Shown in pieces: positions 54,616-63,980 of a DNA stretch of 64,000 nt; the stretch's first letter is position 1, and each line of letters starts with the position of its first letter. The notes beneath the pieces were generated by a model, which did not search any database, was not told the origin of the DNA, and saw only the letters and a list, made by a program, of their open reading frames with translations. Both the position numbers and the translations under genes were made by a program. Location: the IMG/VR virus record IMGVR_UViG_3300046542_000291, positions 246,397-310,396 of that record; one strand, 5' to 3'.

Positions 54616-55392
54616 TCAGAAATCAGGGATGTCTTCGAAAGTTGCTTCAAAGTTGGTCTTGGCTGGAGCGCCGCCACCGTACGAGTTACCGCCGCCGCCA
54701 CCATTACCACCGCGGTTGAAGTTGTTACCGCCACCGCCCTGGCCACCGCGGTTGAAACCACCACCACCTTGACCGCCACCACCACCGCCAGCGAAGTTAG
54801 CCGGGTTGGCCACGTTCTTGGCGTTCGGATCGAACTGGGAAACCATCAGGTTGTAGACCACTGCTTCCGCAGGAACCACGAAACCGTAAGCGTAGGCTTC
54901 CGACATTTCTTTCGGGCTGATGGTCGAGCCGTCAGCGTTGGTGATGTTGTGGTATTTCGCTGGACCGAAGAAGAAGCGAATACGTGGACGGTTTGGCTGC
55001 GTGGAGATGATCGCGATGTAGATGCGACCACTTTCAGCTTCACGACCAACCATCAGTTTGGCCAAGACCATCGGCTTGTCCAGTTTCTTGCCAGCGACGA
55101 AGTCATCTTCGTAAGTGAAGATACGTTCGGCTGGAACATCTTTGCCGTCCAGAAGTTGACGGACGTAGTGCACCATCGCACCGAAGGTCGGCAGATCGCA
55201 CCGGAAATCAATCTTGCCGTGGTTCATGTCGCCTTCTACACCGGTCTTGACGACCATGCGTGGAACGTTCCCGATGACTTGGAAACGGAAGGACGGACGC
55301 TTGCTCCCACCCGAGACAGGTGCTGCGAACAACCAGTTGGACATTACTGCAAAGGCGTTCAGGGTAGGGGCTGGAATGTTGTTTTGGGACAT
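54616..55392 (-). CDS. chmC: nucleus-associated RNA-binding protein ChmC-like (phiKZ gp67-like; probable start MSQNNIP)
   Basis: Immediately upstream of the gp68-like gene; beta-rich core plus a Gly/Asn/RGG-rich tail and acidic DIPDF end. Confidence 0.65.
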   Translation of the reverse strand: MSQNNIPAPTLNAFAVMSNWLFAAPVSGGSKRPSFRFQVIGNVPRMVVKTGVEGDMNHGKIDFRCDLPTFGAMVHYVRQLLDGKDVPAERIFTYEDDFVAGKKLDKPMVLAKLMVGREAESGRIYIAIISTQPNRPRIRFFFGPAKYHNITNADGSTISPKEMSEAYAYGFVVPAEAVVYNLMVSQFDPNAKNVANPANFAGGGGGGQGGGGFNRGGQGGGGNNFNRGGNGGGGGNSYGGGAPAKTNFEATFEDIPDF

Positions 55393-55483
55393 GCGAAAAA
55401 ACTCCGGATATATTTTTCCATTTGCCGTTAGCAATGCGGCAATTCGGTCTTGTGGTGATCACGTACTATAGGGCTGGTGAGTA

Positions 55484-56311
55484 TTATTTCCTCAGCAGCT
55501 TATAGCAATTTCTTAGTTCTTGACTGGCACCCATGACATCGTGATAAACTTTGTCTTGGCTGGTGATACCTGTCCATTTTTTGGTCTTCGCGAGTTCTTT
55601 CAGTTCGTCGCAGATCGCCTTTGGTTGTTTATCGATCATTACCGAATCACCGAACACCTGGAGTGTGAACTCCGTGAATGGCATTGGTGTATCCTCCTTT
55701 ATACCGTTCAGCTTGGTGTACCAAGTTTGATAGGTCTTTAGCTTCCCCGTGTGGGATTCCAGCAGGAGCAATCGAGTGAACTGTGGTTTCCACAATAGCT
55801 CGTGTGGGTAATGCGTAAGAAGGGTTACCACCCCTTCACCGCCTTTCGGCTTTTGGTCAATCTCCATGATATCCATATCTTCAGCTTTCATCCTTGCGGC
55901 CAGCTCAATCGCTACAAAGCGTTCGAACATGTCGTAAGTCAGTTGCTTCGGTGTTTTGGCTTCTTTAAAGTTAGCCTTGGGGAAGTTCCATCTAACCCCA
56001 TCTTTGGTAGCCAGATAGAATCGCACCTTTGCGGTGAACCCTTTCTGTAGTAGTGCTGCCGGAATCGTCTCTACTTCTTTCAGCAAGACTTCCACGGCCT
56101 GCTCGTAGTTGAGCGAGTCGCGTTTATCCGTTTTGACCGCTTCGAAAAGATTTCGGGCCAACGTTCTAATGTTGACCCAGATCTCCTTAACGGTTTTTAC
56201 ATCTACTGGTTGCCTGGGTGGATTCGGGTGTGTACCCAACAAACCCTCGAAAGCATAAGAAGTACCGATGCTAACCGGTATCGAGCCCACGTCTCTCTCG
56301 ATGATATCCAT
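55484..56311 (-). CDS. conserved hypothetical protein (phiKZ gp66-like)
   Basis: Operon position; WVNIRTLARN and LLESHTG motifs. Confidence 0.6.
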   Translation of the reverse strand: MDIIERDVGSIPVSIGTSYAFEGLLGTHPNPPRQPVDVKTVKEIWVNIRTLARNLFEAVKTDKRDSLNYEQAVEVLLKEVETIPAALLQKGFTAKVRFYLATKDGVRWNFPKANFKEAKTPKQLTYDMFERFVAIELAARMKAEDMDIMEIDQKPKGGEGVVTLLTHYPHELLWKPQFTRLLLLESHTGKLKTYQTWYTKLNGIKEDTPMPFTEFTLQVFGDSVMIDKQPKAICDELKELAKTKKWTGITSQDKVYHDVMGASQELRNCYKLLRK

Positions 56312-56315
56312 GCTA

Positions 56316-57461
56316 TTACCTTTTGGCGATGTCTTCTAACCGCTTAAGACACCGTTGTGCTGTGGTCTGTTCGACTAATTGACGATCCATTTCTTCCGCC
56401 AATAAGTCCATGAGGGAATCAAAGGTGATTGCTTTAAACTTTGACATGTCGAAAGCTTTATAAGTTTCCGCTACATTATTCTTCTTCTTGGTGGTTTTCT
56501 CCACCAAGACAGACCACTCATAGCTCGGGTACTCAAAACGAAACGTCTCGATGTCTCCGTTGGCAACGTCATGGGGATCGCAGCGCAACCGAATGGCTGA
56601 ACCCTTCTTCAACGTAGCGAGCAGTTCCTTGATGGCGAACTGAAGTTGCTTGGTGTCAAAACCATGGCACTCCAGTGTGACATACTTCTTGGCCCATCGG
56701 TTCTCAATGAACCGACGGTTCCAGGTGCCGTCCTCTTCAACGGTCACGTAGAACATACCCTTTGGATCTTCATCACCATGGCAGATCCGGTCAGTAGACC
56801 CGGCTGCTAGGATTCGTTCGTTCACCGTCATCAAGTGAACGTGACCAATGAGGATTTGATACTTGACCAAGGCCAGGTACTCTTCTTCATTATGGGTAGG
56901 TTCTGGAACAATGGCAGGGAGCTGATAACTGAATGCCCCGTGCATGATTGCAAAGTCAACCTGTGCCAAGCCCATTGATGCCATCTTTGCTTTCACCTCT
57001 TTCAAGGTTACTTCCGTTGATGGGTTGTGCTTGTCAGGGACATAAAGGAAATGTGCATCGAGCTTTTCAATGTACTCGATGTTCAGACCTTTGGAGTAAA
57101 ACAGATCAACGTCAATTTCGGCGTTCTCTTTCTGTTCTACAAAGAACCGAGATTGCTCACGGTCGTGGCTTGGCGTTCCTTCTACGATGCGGATCATCAC
57201 GTTGTATTTTGCACAACGACGCATGAAGAGCGTGATCCAACGGTTAATCTGGTGAACTACATCGTCGCCATTATTCAGTTGCCGATCATACAGGTCGCCC
57301 GTGATGATCACCATATCAATCTTTTCCAAGATCTCATCCGTGATCAACCGATCCAGGTTTAGCAGAATGAGACTCGTTGGAGTAGAGCGATGCCCGAGGT
57401 GGACATCGCCTAAACTGATGTACTGAAAGCAACCAGGTTTCTTGGTTTTATCAGTCTTCAT
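56316..57461 (-). CDS. Mre11/SbcD-like metallophosphoesterase nuclease
   Basis: GDVHLGH, TGDLYD, EGTPSHD, MHG and GHVH motifs. Confidence 0.9.
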   Translation of the reverse strand: MKTDKTKKPGCFQYISLGDVHLGHRSTPTSLILLNLDRLITDEILEKIDMVIITGDLYDRQLNNGDDVVHQINRWITLFMRRCAKYNVMIRIVEGTPSHDREQSRFFVEQKENAEIDVDLFYSKGLNIEYIEKLDAHFLYVPDKHNPSTEVTLKEVKAKMASMGLAQVDFAIMHGAFSYQLPAIVPEPTHNEEEYLALVKYQILIGHVHLMTVNERILAAGSTDRICHGDEDPKGMFYVTVEEDGTWNRRFIENRWAKKYVTLECHGFDTKQLQFAIKELLATLKKGSAIRLRCDPHDVANGDIETFRFEYPSYEWSVLVEKTTKKKNNVAETYKAFDMSKFKAITFDSLMDLLAEEMDRQLVEQTTAQRCLKRLEDIAKR

Positions 57462-58071
57462 CTTCTTCTTCAGTAAAACAGTTCGAGGTGGGGGAAACTG
57501 TCTGCATGGTCATCGCAGGTTTGCCCTCCATTCTCAGCTGCTCCGCTGGAGTGCCGTTCGGGTTTTCTGCGGTCGCATACAGATCGATCTTGGTACCGTA
57601 CTTACGTAGGATATTGTCGATCGGTATAATGATTGTTTCATCCTTGTCCGGAACAATCGTGATGTCATCCAGAAAGCTCTGCATGGTGTCATCAATAACC
57701 GCAGACTGGTTCAAGTCACGGTAACGACCCATGTTGGCAATGACGTCAGCCACTGTCAAACCACCTTCCATCTGAGGGATAGTGGTCAGGGGGATCTGGA
57801 AGACCGCTGGAACAGTGAACAAGATGTTATTCTTGTCGTTGTCAGCGTGTACCCGCAACGGGTTACTGAGGTCACCACAGAAGCGCTTGTACTTCTGAAT
57901 GGAATCAGGTACGAACAACTTTTCCAACAAAGGGATCACGTAAGCACGAAATCCCGTTTCGTTGATGGTCGGCATGTTCGCCTCGATCCCAGCCAGAATC
58001 TTGGATGAGAAGTCATCGACCTCTGCACCCAAGTACGCCGCACGTTGGCGACGCATTTCTAGTGGGTCCAT
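57451..58071 (-). CDS. conserved hypothetical protein
   Basis: 206-aa ORF overlapping the nuclease start. Confidence 0.65.
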   Translation of the reverse strand: MDPLEMRRQRAAYLGAEVDDFSSKILAGIEANMPTINETGFRAYVIPLLEKLFVPDSIQKYKRFCGDLSNPLRVHADNDKNNILFTVPAVFQIPLTTIPQMEGGLTVADVIANMGRYRDLNQSAVIDDTMQSFLDDITIVPDKDETIIIPIDNILRKYGTKIDLYATAENPNGTPAEQLRMEGKPAMTMQTVSPTSNCFTEEEDED

Positions 58072-58076
58072 GAGAC

Positions 58077-58631
58077 TTACTCCGGAGTGACACCGTTCAG
58101 GTCGTATTCACCAGGCGCTACGGCAGTGGTGACTTCTTCCACGGTGGGTGCAGCACCAGGACCGTCAATGAAGAACCAACCGGCTTTGCCGTCTTCAACC
58201 AGATTACGTTTGATGACTTCGGCCGCAATCGGGCCGGTGCCTTCGTTTTCTGGTTCGTCCAGATTGCCGATGGTGTAAAAGTCGACGGTGTCACCAGTGC
58301 GCTTGACCAGGATCGAACGGCGATCAGTCGCGTCGGTTGGTTTGTCGACCGGAATGAAGGTCAGGTCTTCAGCACGAGTTGGGGTACCCGACATGCCTTG
58401 TGCACGGCCCAGCAGGCCGTCGGACAGTTCGTGGTAGATCTGACCCATGGCACCGACGATTTGTTGTGGCAGCATCAGCTGAGCTTTCTTCACCTGAGCA
58501 ACCAGGCTAGTGAAGGAGCTTTCCAGCAAAGCGCACCGCTTTTCCAGAATACCCAGGCGTGCAGCCATACCTTCCAGGTTCATAGGTGCAGCTTCTTCGG
58601 TAGCGACTTGAGTGTTAACTTCTTGTGGCAT
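58077..58631 (-). CDS. hypothetical protein with N-terminal coiled coil
   Basis: Tightly packed; GGAG SD. Confidence 0.65.
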   Translation of the reverse strand: MPQEVNTQVATEEAAPMNLEGMAARLGILEKRCALLESSFTSLVAQVKKAQLMLPQQIVGAMGQIYHELSDGLLGRAQGMSGTPTRAEDLTFIPVDKPTDATDRRSILVKRTGDTVDFYTIGNLDEPENEGTGPIAAEVIKRNLVEDGKAGWFFIDGPGAAPTVEEVTTAVAPGEYDLNGVTPE

Positions 58632-58632
58632 G

Positions 58633-59037
58633 TTACTCTCCGTTGTTTATCTTGGCGATGTTGATAATGCGTGAGTCTTGGAACTGTACAAGCTTCCCTA
58701 CGGTGATTGCTCGACCATTGGTATAGACTGTACCCAGGAACTCGATTGAGAACTTAGCAGGATCTTCTGGATCTGCAGTCACGTTGACATCGGCGGTTGC
58801 CTCTGGATCAAACGCATCTTGCATTTTCTTGTTCAAGACCGTACGAAGGTCCTGTTCAAGATCGTACATCCGTCCAGCATTCTGCTTCAAGATATATTGC
58901 AACGAGGTATTTTGTGTGCGGTGACTAACGCTTTGTGATTGGTTAGTTGCCAGGAAGCAGGAGATAATGTAGTCAGCTACTTCCTCCGGTGTGTCGGTCC
59001 ACCCTTTGACTCCCATTGTGGGAATAAACTTAGCCAT
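58633..59037 (-). CDS. conserved hypothetical protein (possibly T4 gp25-like; probable start MAKFIPT)
   Basis: GGAG SD; alpha/beta pattern. The fold is inferred. Confidence 0.55.
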   Translation of the reverse strand: MAKFIPTMGVKGWTDTPEEVADYIISCFLATNQSQSVSHRTQNTSLQYILKQNAGRMYDLEQDLRTVLNKKMQDAFDPEATADVNVTADPEDPAKFSIEFLGTVYTNGRAITVGKLVQFQDSRIINIAKINNGE

Positions 59038-59092
59038 TACAATCTCCATTTTGCTAGGTTGATCATAGGGTGAGGCAAAAAAAAATAAGAAG

Positions 59093-59112
59093 CGAGGACC
59101 CGAAGGTCCCCG
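59093..59112 (-). terminator. intrinsic terminator, cUUCGg
   Basis: cgaggacc-cgaa-ggtccccg followed by a long T run on the minus strand. Confidence 0.8.
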
Positions 59113-59118
59113 TCACTT

Positions 59119-59718
59119 TTATACCTTTGGTTTGCTTTGAGCTCGGTGAGGAACAGAGTTCACCACCATCACGTCATCGCCGACACTGACGAAGGGAACA
59201 TCGATATCAAACACGTCGGACAGGTTGATTGCCATATCGTCCACTATCCCTTGTTTGATGTAGACCGTCAATTCCTGGCCGTCACCCAGAATAAGGATGC
59301 GTTTTTCAGACTCCACCAGGTTACCGGCACTACCGAACTGAAGGGAGCCGTACGGAACACCCCGCGCGTCGCACGCACACCAGACGTCATTGATCAAACG
59401 CCAGTAGGCGTACTCGACTTGGCAGGGATCGCCAAAGAGAATACCTTCTGGTAACCGACCGCGGCGGACCGTGAGTTCACCCACTTCTTCACCGTCGAAG
59501 TCGGCCGATTGCAAACGACCTTGACGGAAGACAAGGCCATAGCGTTTATCTTCGATGCCTGACAAACAGTTGATCGTGTATGCCAGTTCTGGGTATTTGC
59601 GAGGCATGTAGACCTCACCAATGTTTTGGCTGAATGGCGAACTGAAGCCGTACCATTTGCCATCCACCCACCGTAAGGTGATCAGGCTTAAATCGAGGGT
59701 GCTATCGTTCGTTTCCAT
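59119..59718 (-). CDS. hypothetical protein
   Basis: GAGG SD; flanked by terminators. Confidence 0.65.
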   Translation of the reverse strand: METNDSTLDLSLITLRWVDGKWYGFSSPFSQNIGEVYMPRKYPELAYTINCLSGIEDKRYGLVFRQGRLQSADFDGEEVGELTVRRGRLPEGILFGDPCQVEYAYWRLINDVWCACDARGVPYGSLQFGSAGNLVESEKRILILGDGQELTVYIKQGIVDDMAINLSDVFDIDVPFVSVGDDVMVVNSVPHRAQSKPKV

Positions 59719-59743
59719 GTAAACCTCTTATGACGTTATAAAG

Positions 59744-59763
59744 GGAGCTCCCGAAGGAGCTCC
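59744..59763 (-). terminator. intrinsic terminator, cUUCGg
   Basis: ggagctcc-cgaa-ggagctcc. Confidence 0.75.
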
Positions 59764-59773
59764 TCTTATGGGG

Positions 59774-60385
59774 TTAACCCAGTTGCAGCCCGTAGGGCGA
59801 CGATGGATCTTCTTCACCGGCATCCAATGCATCGTTGACGGCATTCCAGGTGCGGAGGATATCCACACGCTGAGATACGGACAACTCATCGTTACCGTAA
59901 AGCTCTTCGTGGTAGTTGGTGAAGTAAGCTTCGTCTTCTTTGAACTTCACGATACCTGTGTTGACTTGACGCCAGTCGAATTGCTTCGCACCGATGTTAT
60001 CGCCTTGCAGGTTAGTGTAGGTCTCAGAGAACCCGTCTACTTCGTTGTTGACGTACATCTGCCGGAGTCTTGGCTCAGCCATGATCCAGCGTTGCATTAC
60101 CGGTGCAGCTGTCTGTAGACCTGCGATCGTACTGATTGCATGGATGGTGTTCGTATCCCATGCATTATCATTCTTCACAGTCAGGTTACGGAGAGCCTGG
60201 ATCGCATCGTTGGACGAGATCATTTGGTACATCGATCGCGCTTGGTCAAAGAAGGCCGAGGCTGTTGCACTCACCGTGTTGCGCAATGCATCCGTACGCT
60301 CACCCAACCAACCCATCGTGCCTTGATCGAGGTGTCCACCGGCACAGATGTCCATCAAATCAACACCGTGTGCTTGATGTAGCAT
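59774..60385 (-). CDS. conserved nucleus-block protein (phiKZ gp59-like, possibly Imp3)
   Basis: Coupled (TAATG) to the beta' subunit; AAPVMQRWIMAEP and EDPSS motifs. Assignment inferred from synteny. Confidence 0.55.
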   Translation of the reverse strand: MLHQAHGVDLMDICAGGHLDQGTMGWLGERTDALRNTVSATASAFFDQARSMYQMISSNDAIQALRNLTVKNDNAWDTNTIHAISTIAGLQTAAPVMQRWIMAEPRLRQMYVNNEVDGFSETYTNLQGDNIGAKQFDWRQVNTGIVKFKEDEAYFTNYHEELYGNDELSVSQRVDILRTWNAVNDALDAGEEDPSSPYGLQLG

Positions 60386-61842
60386 TAGCTAAACTCCTCT
60401 AATGGGGGTAGATAATCTTCGTGCGCCCAGTTGATGATCGTTTCCAACGCCGGGCCTTGAAGTTCAAGGTTACCCGAGATTTCATGCGGATCGTCAATCG
60501 ACAGTACCCAGGTGTGCGGTGCAATTCGCTCCGTTGCTTCAGTCAGATAGTTATCCGGCATCAGCGTCAGGTTGAGTTGGTCACCGTCGAAGTCGGCGTT
60601 AGGTGCTTTCAACACCAGTACAGACATCGAGATTGAGTTGTCGTTAATGTTGTCCTTCACACGAGTGATGAAGAACTGCTGTGTCGAACCACGCTGCAAC
60701 GTAGGGTTACGGTGGAACGTACAGGCTGGGCCTTTGTTCGGTGCTTCCTCAATCAACTCTTTGAACAGAGCATCGAGGACTGGGTTGTATTGCAGCACGT
60801 TCGAATAGATGAACCCTAAAGCTTCTTGGGTTGTCATGTCGTAACGTGGTCCGGTCAACTTGTTGATCAAGTGATACTTGAACAACTGGCAAGCAACGCC
60901 CCACGGGATGTGGAGTTCGTCATACCAGTGAATCCCGGAGATCGATGTGATTACCGCACGAGCGGTGAAGTTCAATCGACCACCCAGTACGTGGCGGCGT
61001 GCCAGTCCTGGTTTTTGTGCGATACGCTGTTTGTCGTAGTTCTCGTGGAACGTTGCCATCAACAGCAAAGCTTTCGCTGTACGGTTTTGCACCGTGATGG
61101 TCTTCAATGGGATCGGACTGTGTTTGATCGTACCCATTGTCAGAGCAGCATCGATTGCTGCGCCGATTGGCTTATCGATGTAGACGCCGGAGGTGGTACT
61201 TTCTACAACGAAGCACAACTTCGAAGGAACAGGGATTACCTGGGGGAACAGGTGTGCCTTGTTCTGAAACAGGAACTGAGCGAACTCTTGCTTGCCCAGA
61301 CTGATGATGTTCGACTCCATGCAGAAGCGCATGATGTCATCGAAGTTCATAATGAAGTTGTTCAGCCCCCGATCGAAACTACGTTGCATCAAGCGATTAG
61401 CCTTACGCGCAGTTTCCTTGGAGCTGATGGCATCGAGATCGAACTGATAACTGGCGTCCATGAAGTAGGCCAGGAAGTCAAACTCTTTACCGGACATGTG
61501 ACCAGACAGCATGATCAACAGTTCTGGACTGATCAGGCTGAGTACACCTTCCGGTGCACGAATCCACATGGATGGAACAATTGGACGATTAGAGGTAGAT
61601 ACAACAGGTGTGTTACAGATCTCGCAGATAACACCGATTTGGTGAGCGGTATCGAGATGTTCACACTCACACGACGCAGAGTTCTCAATCGCATCAGCAT
61701 CCTCGTAGTGAGAATACAGAGCACGGTTAAATTCCTCCTTATCGTCGGCATTGCTGGTGTTGAAGTCGTTCGCAAACACGATCTTGCCGGTGTGTGCCGC
61801 CAGCATTTCATCATGGTCTACGACCTCTGCGTATACGCCCAT
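60385..61842 (-). CDS. non-virion RNA polymerase beta' N-terminal catalytic subunit (phiKZ gp55-56.1-like), intron-less
   Basis: NADFDGD catalytic motif, RLNFTARAVI, RNPTL and a zinc finger CEC...CEIC. Confidence 0.92.
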   Translation of the reverse strand: MGVYAEVVDHDEMLAAHTGKIVFANDFNTSNADDKEEFNRALYSHYEDADAIENSASCECEHLDTAHQIGVICEICNTPVVSTSNRPIVPSMWIRAPEGVLSLISPELLIMLSGHMSGKEFDFLAYFMDASYQFDLDAISSKETARKANRLMQRSFDRGLNNFIMNFDDIMRFCMESNIISLGKQEFAQFLFQNKAHLFPQVIPVPSKLCFVVESTTSGVYIDKPIGAAIDAALTMGTIKHSPIPLKTITVQNRTAKALLLMATFHENYDKQRIAQKPGLARRHVLGGRLNFTARAVITSISGIHWYDELHIPWGVACQLFKYHLINKLTGPRYDMTTQEALGFIYSNVLQYNPVLDALFKELIEEAPNKGPACTFHRNPTLQRGSTQQFFITRVKDNINDNSISMSVLVLKAPNADFDGDQLNLTLMPDNYLTEATERIAPHTWVLSIDDPHEISGNLELQGPALETIINWAHEDYLPPLEEFS

Positions 61843-61882
61843 GGTTTCCCCTTCGCTGTGTAGCGGACAAAAAAAGAGAATA

Positions 61883-61909
61883 GACCGACTCCCCGAAGGG
61901 AGCCGATCC
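61883..61909 (-). terminator. strong terminator after chimallin
   Basis: Minus strand GGATCGGCTCCC-TTCG-GGGAGTCGGTC, then TATTCTC and a T run. Confidence 0.85.
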
Positions 61910-62029
61910 GTCTCTGTATTGCGAGGTTGTTTGCTCGGTTGGTCTAGCTTTATCCATTACTGGGTGCGCGATCCAACCGCAACCTCTGGCTAGGACTGTA
62001 GTTATCAGTCAGTTAGCCGGAGTGCACGA

Positions 62030-63913
62030 TTAGTACACGGTACCAGTGGTGGAACCCATCGGCATTGCGAAGCCCTGCTGATTGTTCATCAGCGGAGCAA
62101 CTTGTGCCATGCCAGTCACGGCGAAGCCGGTCAGGTTGGCGTTGCCGGTGAAGCGTTGACCACCGAATACCGAACCGACGTTCTCCATGCCGATGCTGAT
62201 GCCAGCGTTGATCGCAGCAGCGTTGCAGGCCTGGATGAATTTCGGGTTGAACATGCCACGGTGTACACGACCGGTGTAGGTCACGTTGCCCAGGTATTGC
62301 TTGTCGTAGGAGTCCGATTTCTTCAGACGCACTTCGCTGTGAACGTTGGTGTTCGCACGAGTTGCGTAGAAGTCCATGAACTCGTCCTTCAAGCCTTCGG
62401 AGGCGTTCAGGGCAGCCAGGGTGTCGAGGTCGCGGATGTCGCGCAGCTCGCCGTCTTCGTCAGCGTAGTAGCCGAGGTGGAAGTCCGCACCGTACGGGGT
62501 GATGATCGGCTCTTTGTTGTGGTCGAACAGCGCCATGAAGTTCTCACGGCCGTACAGGTTGTGGGCTGCACGGATGATGGCTTCTTGAGCTTGTTGACGA
62601 CGAGGGCCGCCCATCGCGTCGATGTAGATGGCGTCGATGTGTGCGTTGTCGCCCAGGCGGTCCAGGTCGATCATGAAGATCGGGTTCTGTTGCACTTGGG
62701 TGTACATCAGACCGGCGAATTCCTGCTCGGTGAAGGTAGCCGATTTGGTTTCGACTTTCTTACCGGCAACCAGGTAGCCGATCGCACCGATGTCGCGTGG
62801 ATCTTTCTTCTTGCCGATCGACGGAACGAAGGCACGAGCCCACGATTGACCGACGGTAACCAGGAAGGAGTTGGCCATTGCGAACAGGTGCATTTCCAGG
62901 GTGTTGGCCATGATCCAGTTCGCTTGACGAACTGCGGTGATCACGATCGCTGGAACGAACGGCGGAGCCGGTGGCATCGGAGGCATGCCGTACACTTGCT
63001 GCTGTGGAACTTGCTGCGGCGGGATTTCCAGGTTGACGAACAGCGACACTTGGTTGAAGTTGCTGTCGGCGTCGAAGTATTCGTTTTCCTGGACTTGACC
63101 TTGGCCGGGCTTCTTCACACGGTTCAGGCTGACGCAGATGTCGTTACGAACCGGAACACCGGTGGTGGTGTGAACAGGCAGGGCGCTGTAGTCGATACGA
63201 GCGGCCAGTTGTTCGTCGCTGCCTTTGACGTCGGTAGCCAGGCTGAACGGACGCTCGTTACCCAGACGGGCAACCATGTCGTCGCAACGGTTGACCGAAG
63301 TGATCAGGACGTTGCGGACCAGAGCGTTGTCTTCCAGATCGAAATCGCCATGCAGGCTCAGAGGACCGGCGGAACGAACGTCAGCAGTCGGGTGACCAGC
63401 AGCCACTTGCACGTAGGCAGCCAGACGGGCCCAGTACAGAGGAGTGAACACGTCGACGGCGTCGGGCTTGACTTCGAAGTTGTCTACGTTGTAACCGTTC
63501 GGGATCTGGAAGACCTTCGGCTTCAGAACGGCGTGATTGTCGACCACGATCAGCGGACGCACGACGATGACGGTTTTGCCTTGGGCGTCACGAGCCACCT
63601 TGGTGACCAGGATCGCCGACATGCCAACGCGGTGTTGGTTGCGGTCGAAACGGTACAGGGTGAAGTCGTCCAGCAGGTCTTGAGTGGCGATGCACTGTTT
63701 GGCCTGTTCGGCGAAGACGGTGAGAGCTTTGGTGGAACGGGCGTCGCTACCTTCAGCGCGGCCAGTACGACCGAAGCGTTCGTTGATTTGCGAGATGCCG
63801 CCAGTGACCGGACGCTGAGCTTGTGCTGCTGGCTGACCCTGTTGAGGAGTTGCTTGAGCGGCTGGAGCTGCTTGCGATTGGTTCTGACCGGTTGGACCTT
63901 GGTTAACTGCCAT
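62030..63913 (-). CDS. chmA: chimallin, major phage-nucleus shell protein
   Basis: 627 aa with extreme codon bias; directly upstream of nvRNAP beta'; motifs PRDIGAIGY, GYYADEDGELRDIRDLD and FNPKFI; disordered termini. Confidence 0.88.
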   Translation of the reverse strand: MAVNQGPTGQNQSQAAPAAQATPQQGQPAAQAQRPVTGGISQINERFGRTGRAEGSDARSTKALTVFAEQAKQCIATQDLLDDFTLYRFDRNQHRVGMSAILVTKVARDAQGKTVIVVRPLIVVDNHAVLKPKVFQIPNGYNVDNFEVKPDAVDVFTPLYWARLAAYVQVAAGHPTADVRSAGPLSLHGDFDLEDNALVRNVLITSVNRCDDMVARLGNERPFSLATDVKGSDEQLAARIDYSALPVHTTTGVPVRNDICVSLNRVKKPGQGQVQENEYFDADSNFNQVSLFVNLEIPPQQVPQQQVYGMPPMPPAPPFVPAIVITAVRQANWIMANTLEMHLFAMANSFLVTVGQSWARAFVPSIGKKKDPRDIGAIGYLVAGKKVETKSATFTEQEFAGLMYTQVQQNPIFMIDLDRLGDNAHIDAIYIDAMGGPRRQQAQEAIIRAAHNLYGRENFMALFDHNKEPIITPYGADFHLGYYADEDGELRDIRDLDTLAALNASEGLKDEFMDFYATRANTNVHSEVRLKKSDSYDKQYLGNVTYTGRVHRGMFNPKFIQACNAAAINAGISIGMENVGSVFGGQRFTGNANLTGFAVTGMAQVAPLMNNQQGFAMPMGSTTGTVY

Positions 63914-63980
63914 GATGCTTTTTCCTTTACGATGTTACGATTCTTGATCAAGAGTCCTGATATCTCTATCAGGTTGCATA

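Noticed and set aside
47095-61842. Group I introns in nvRNAP beta and beta' genes, as in phiKZ
   Set aside because: Both ORFs are continuous with all motifs present and no intervening endonuclease.
61915-62026. tRNA or known riboswitch in the chimallin-beta' gap
   Set aside because: No cloverleaf, TTCRA or CCA signature recognised; retained only as an unassigned structured UTR.
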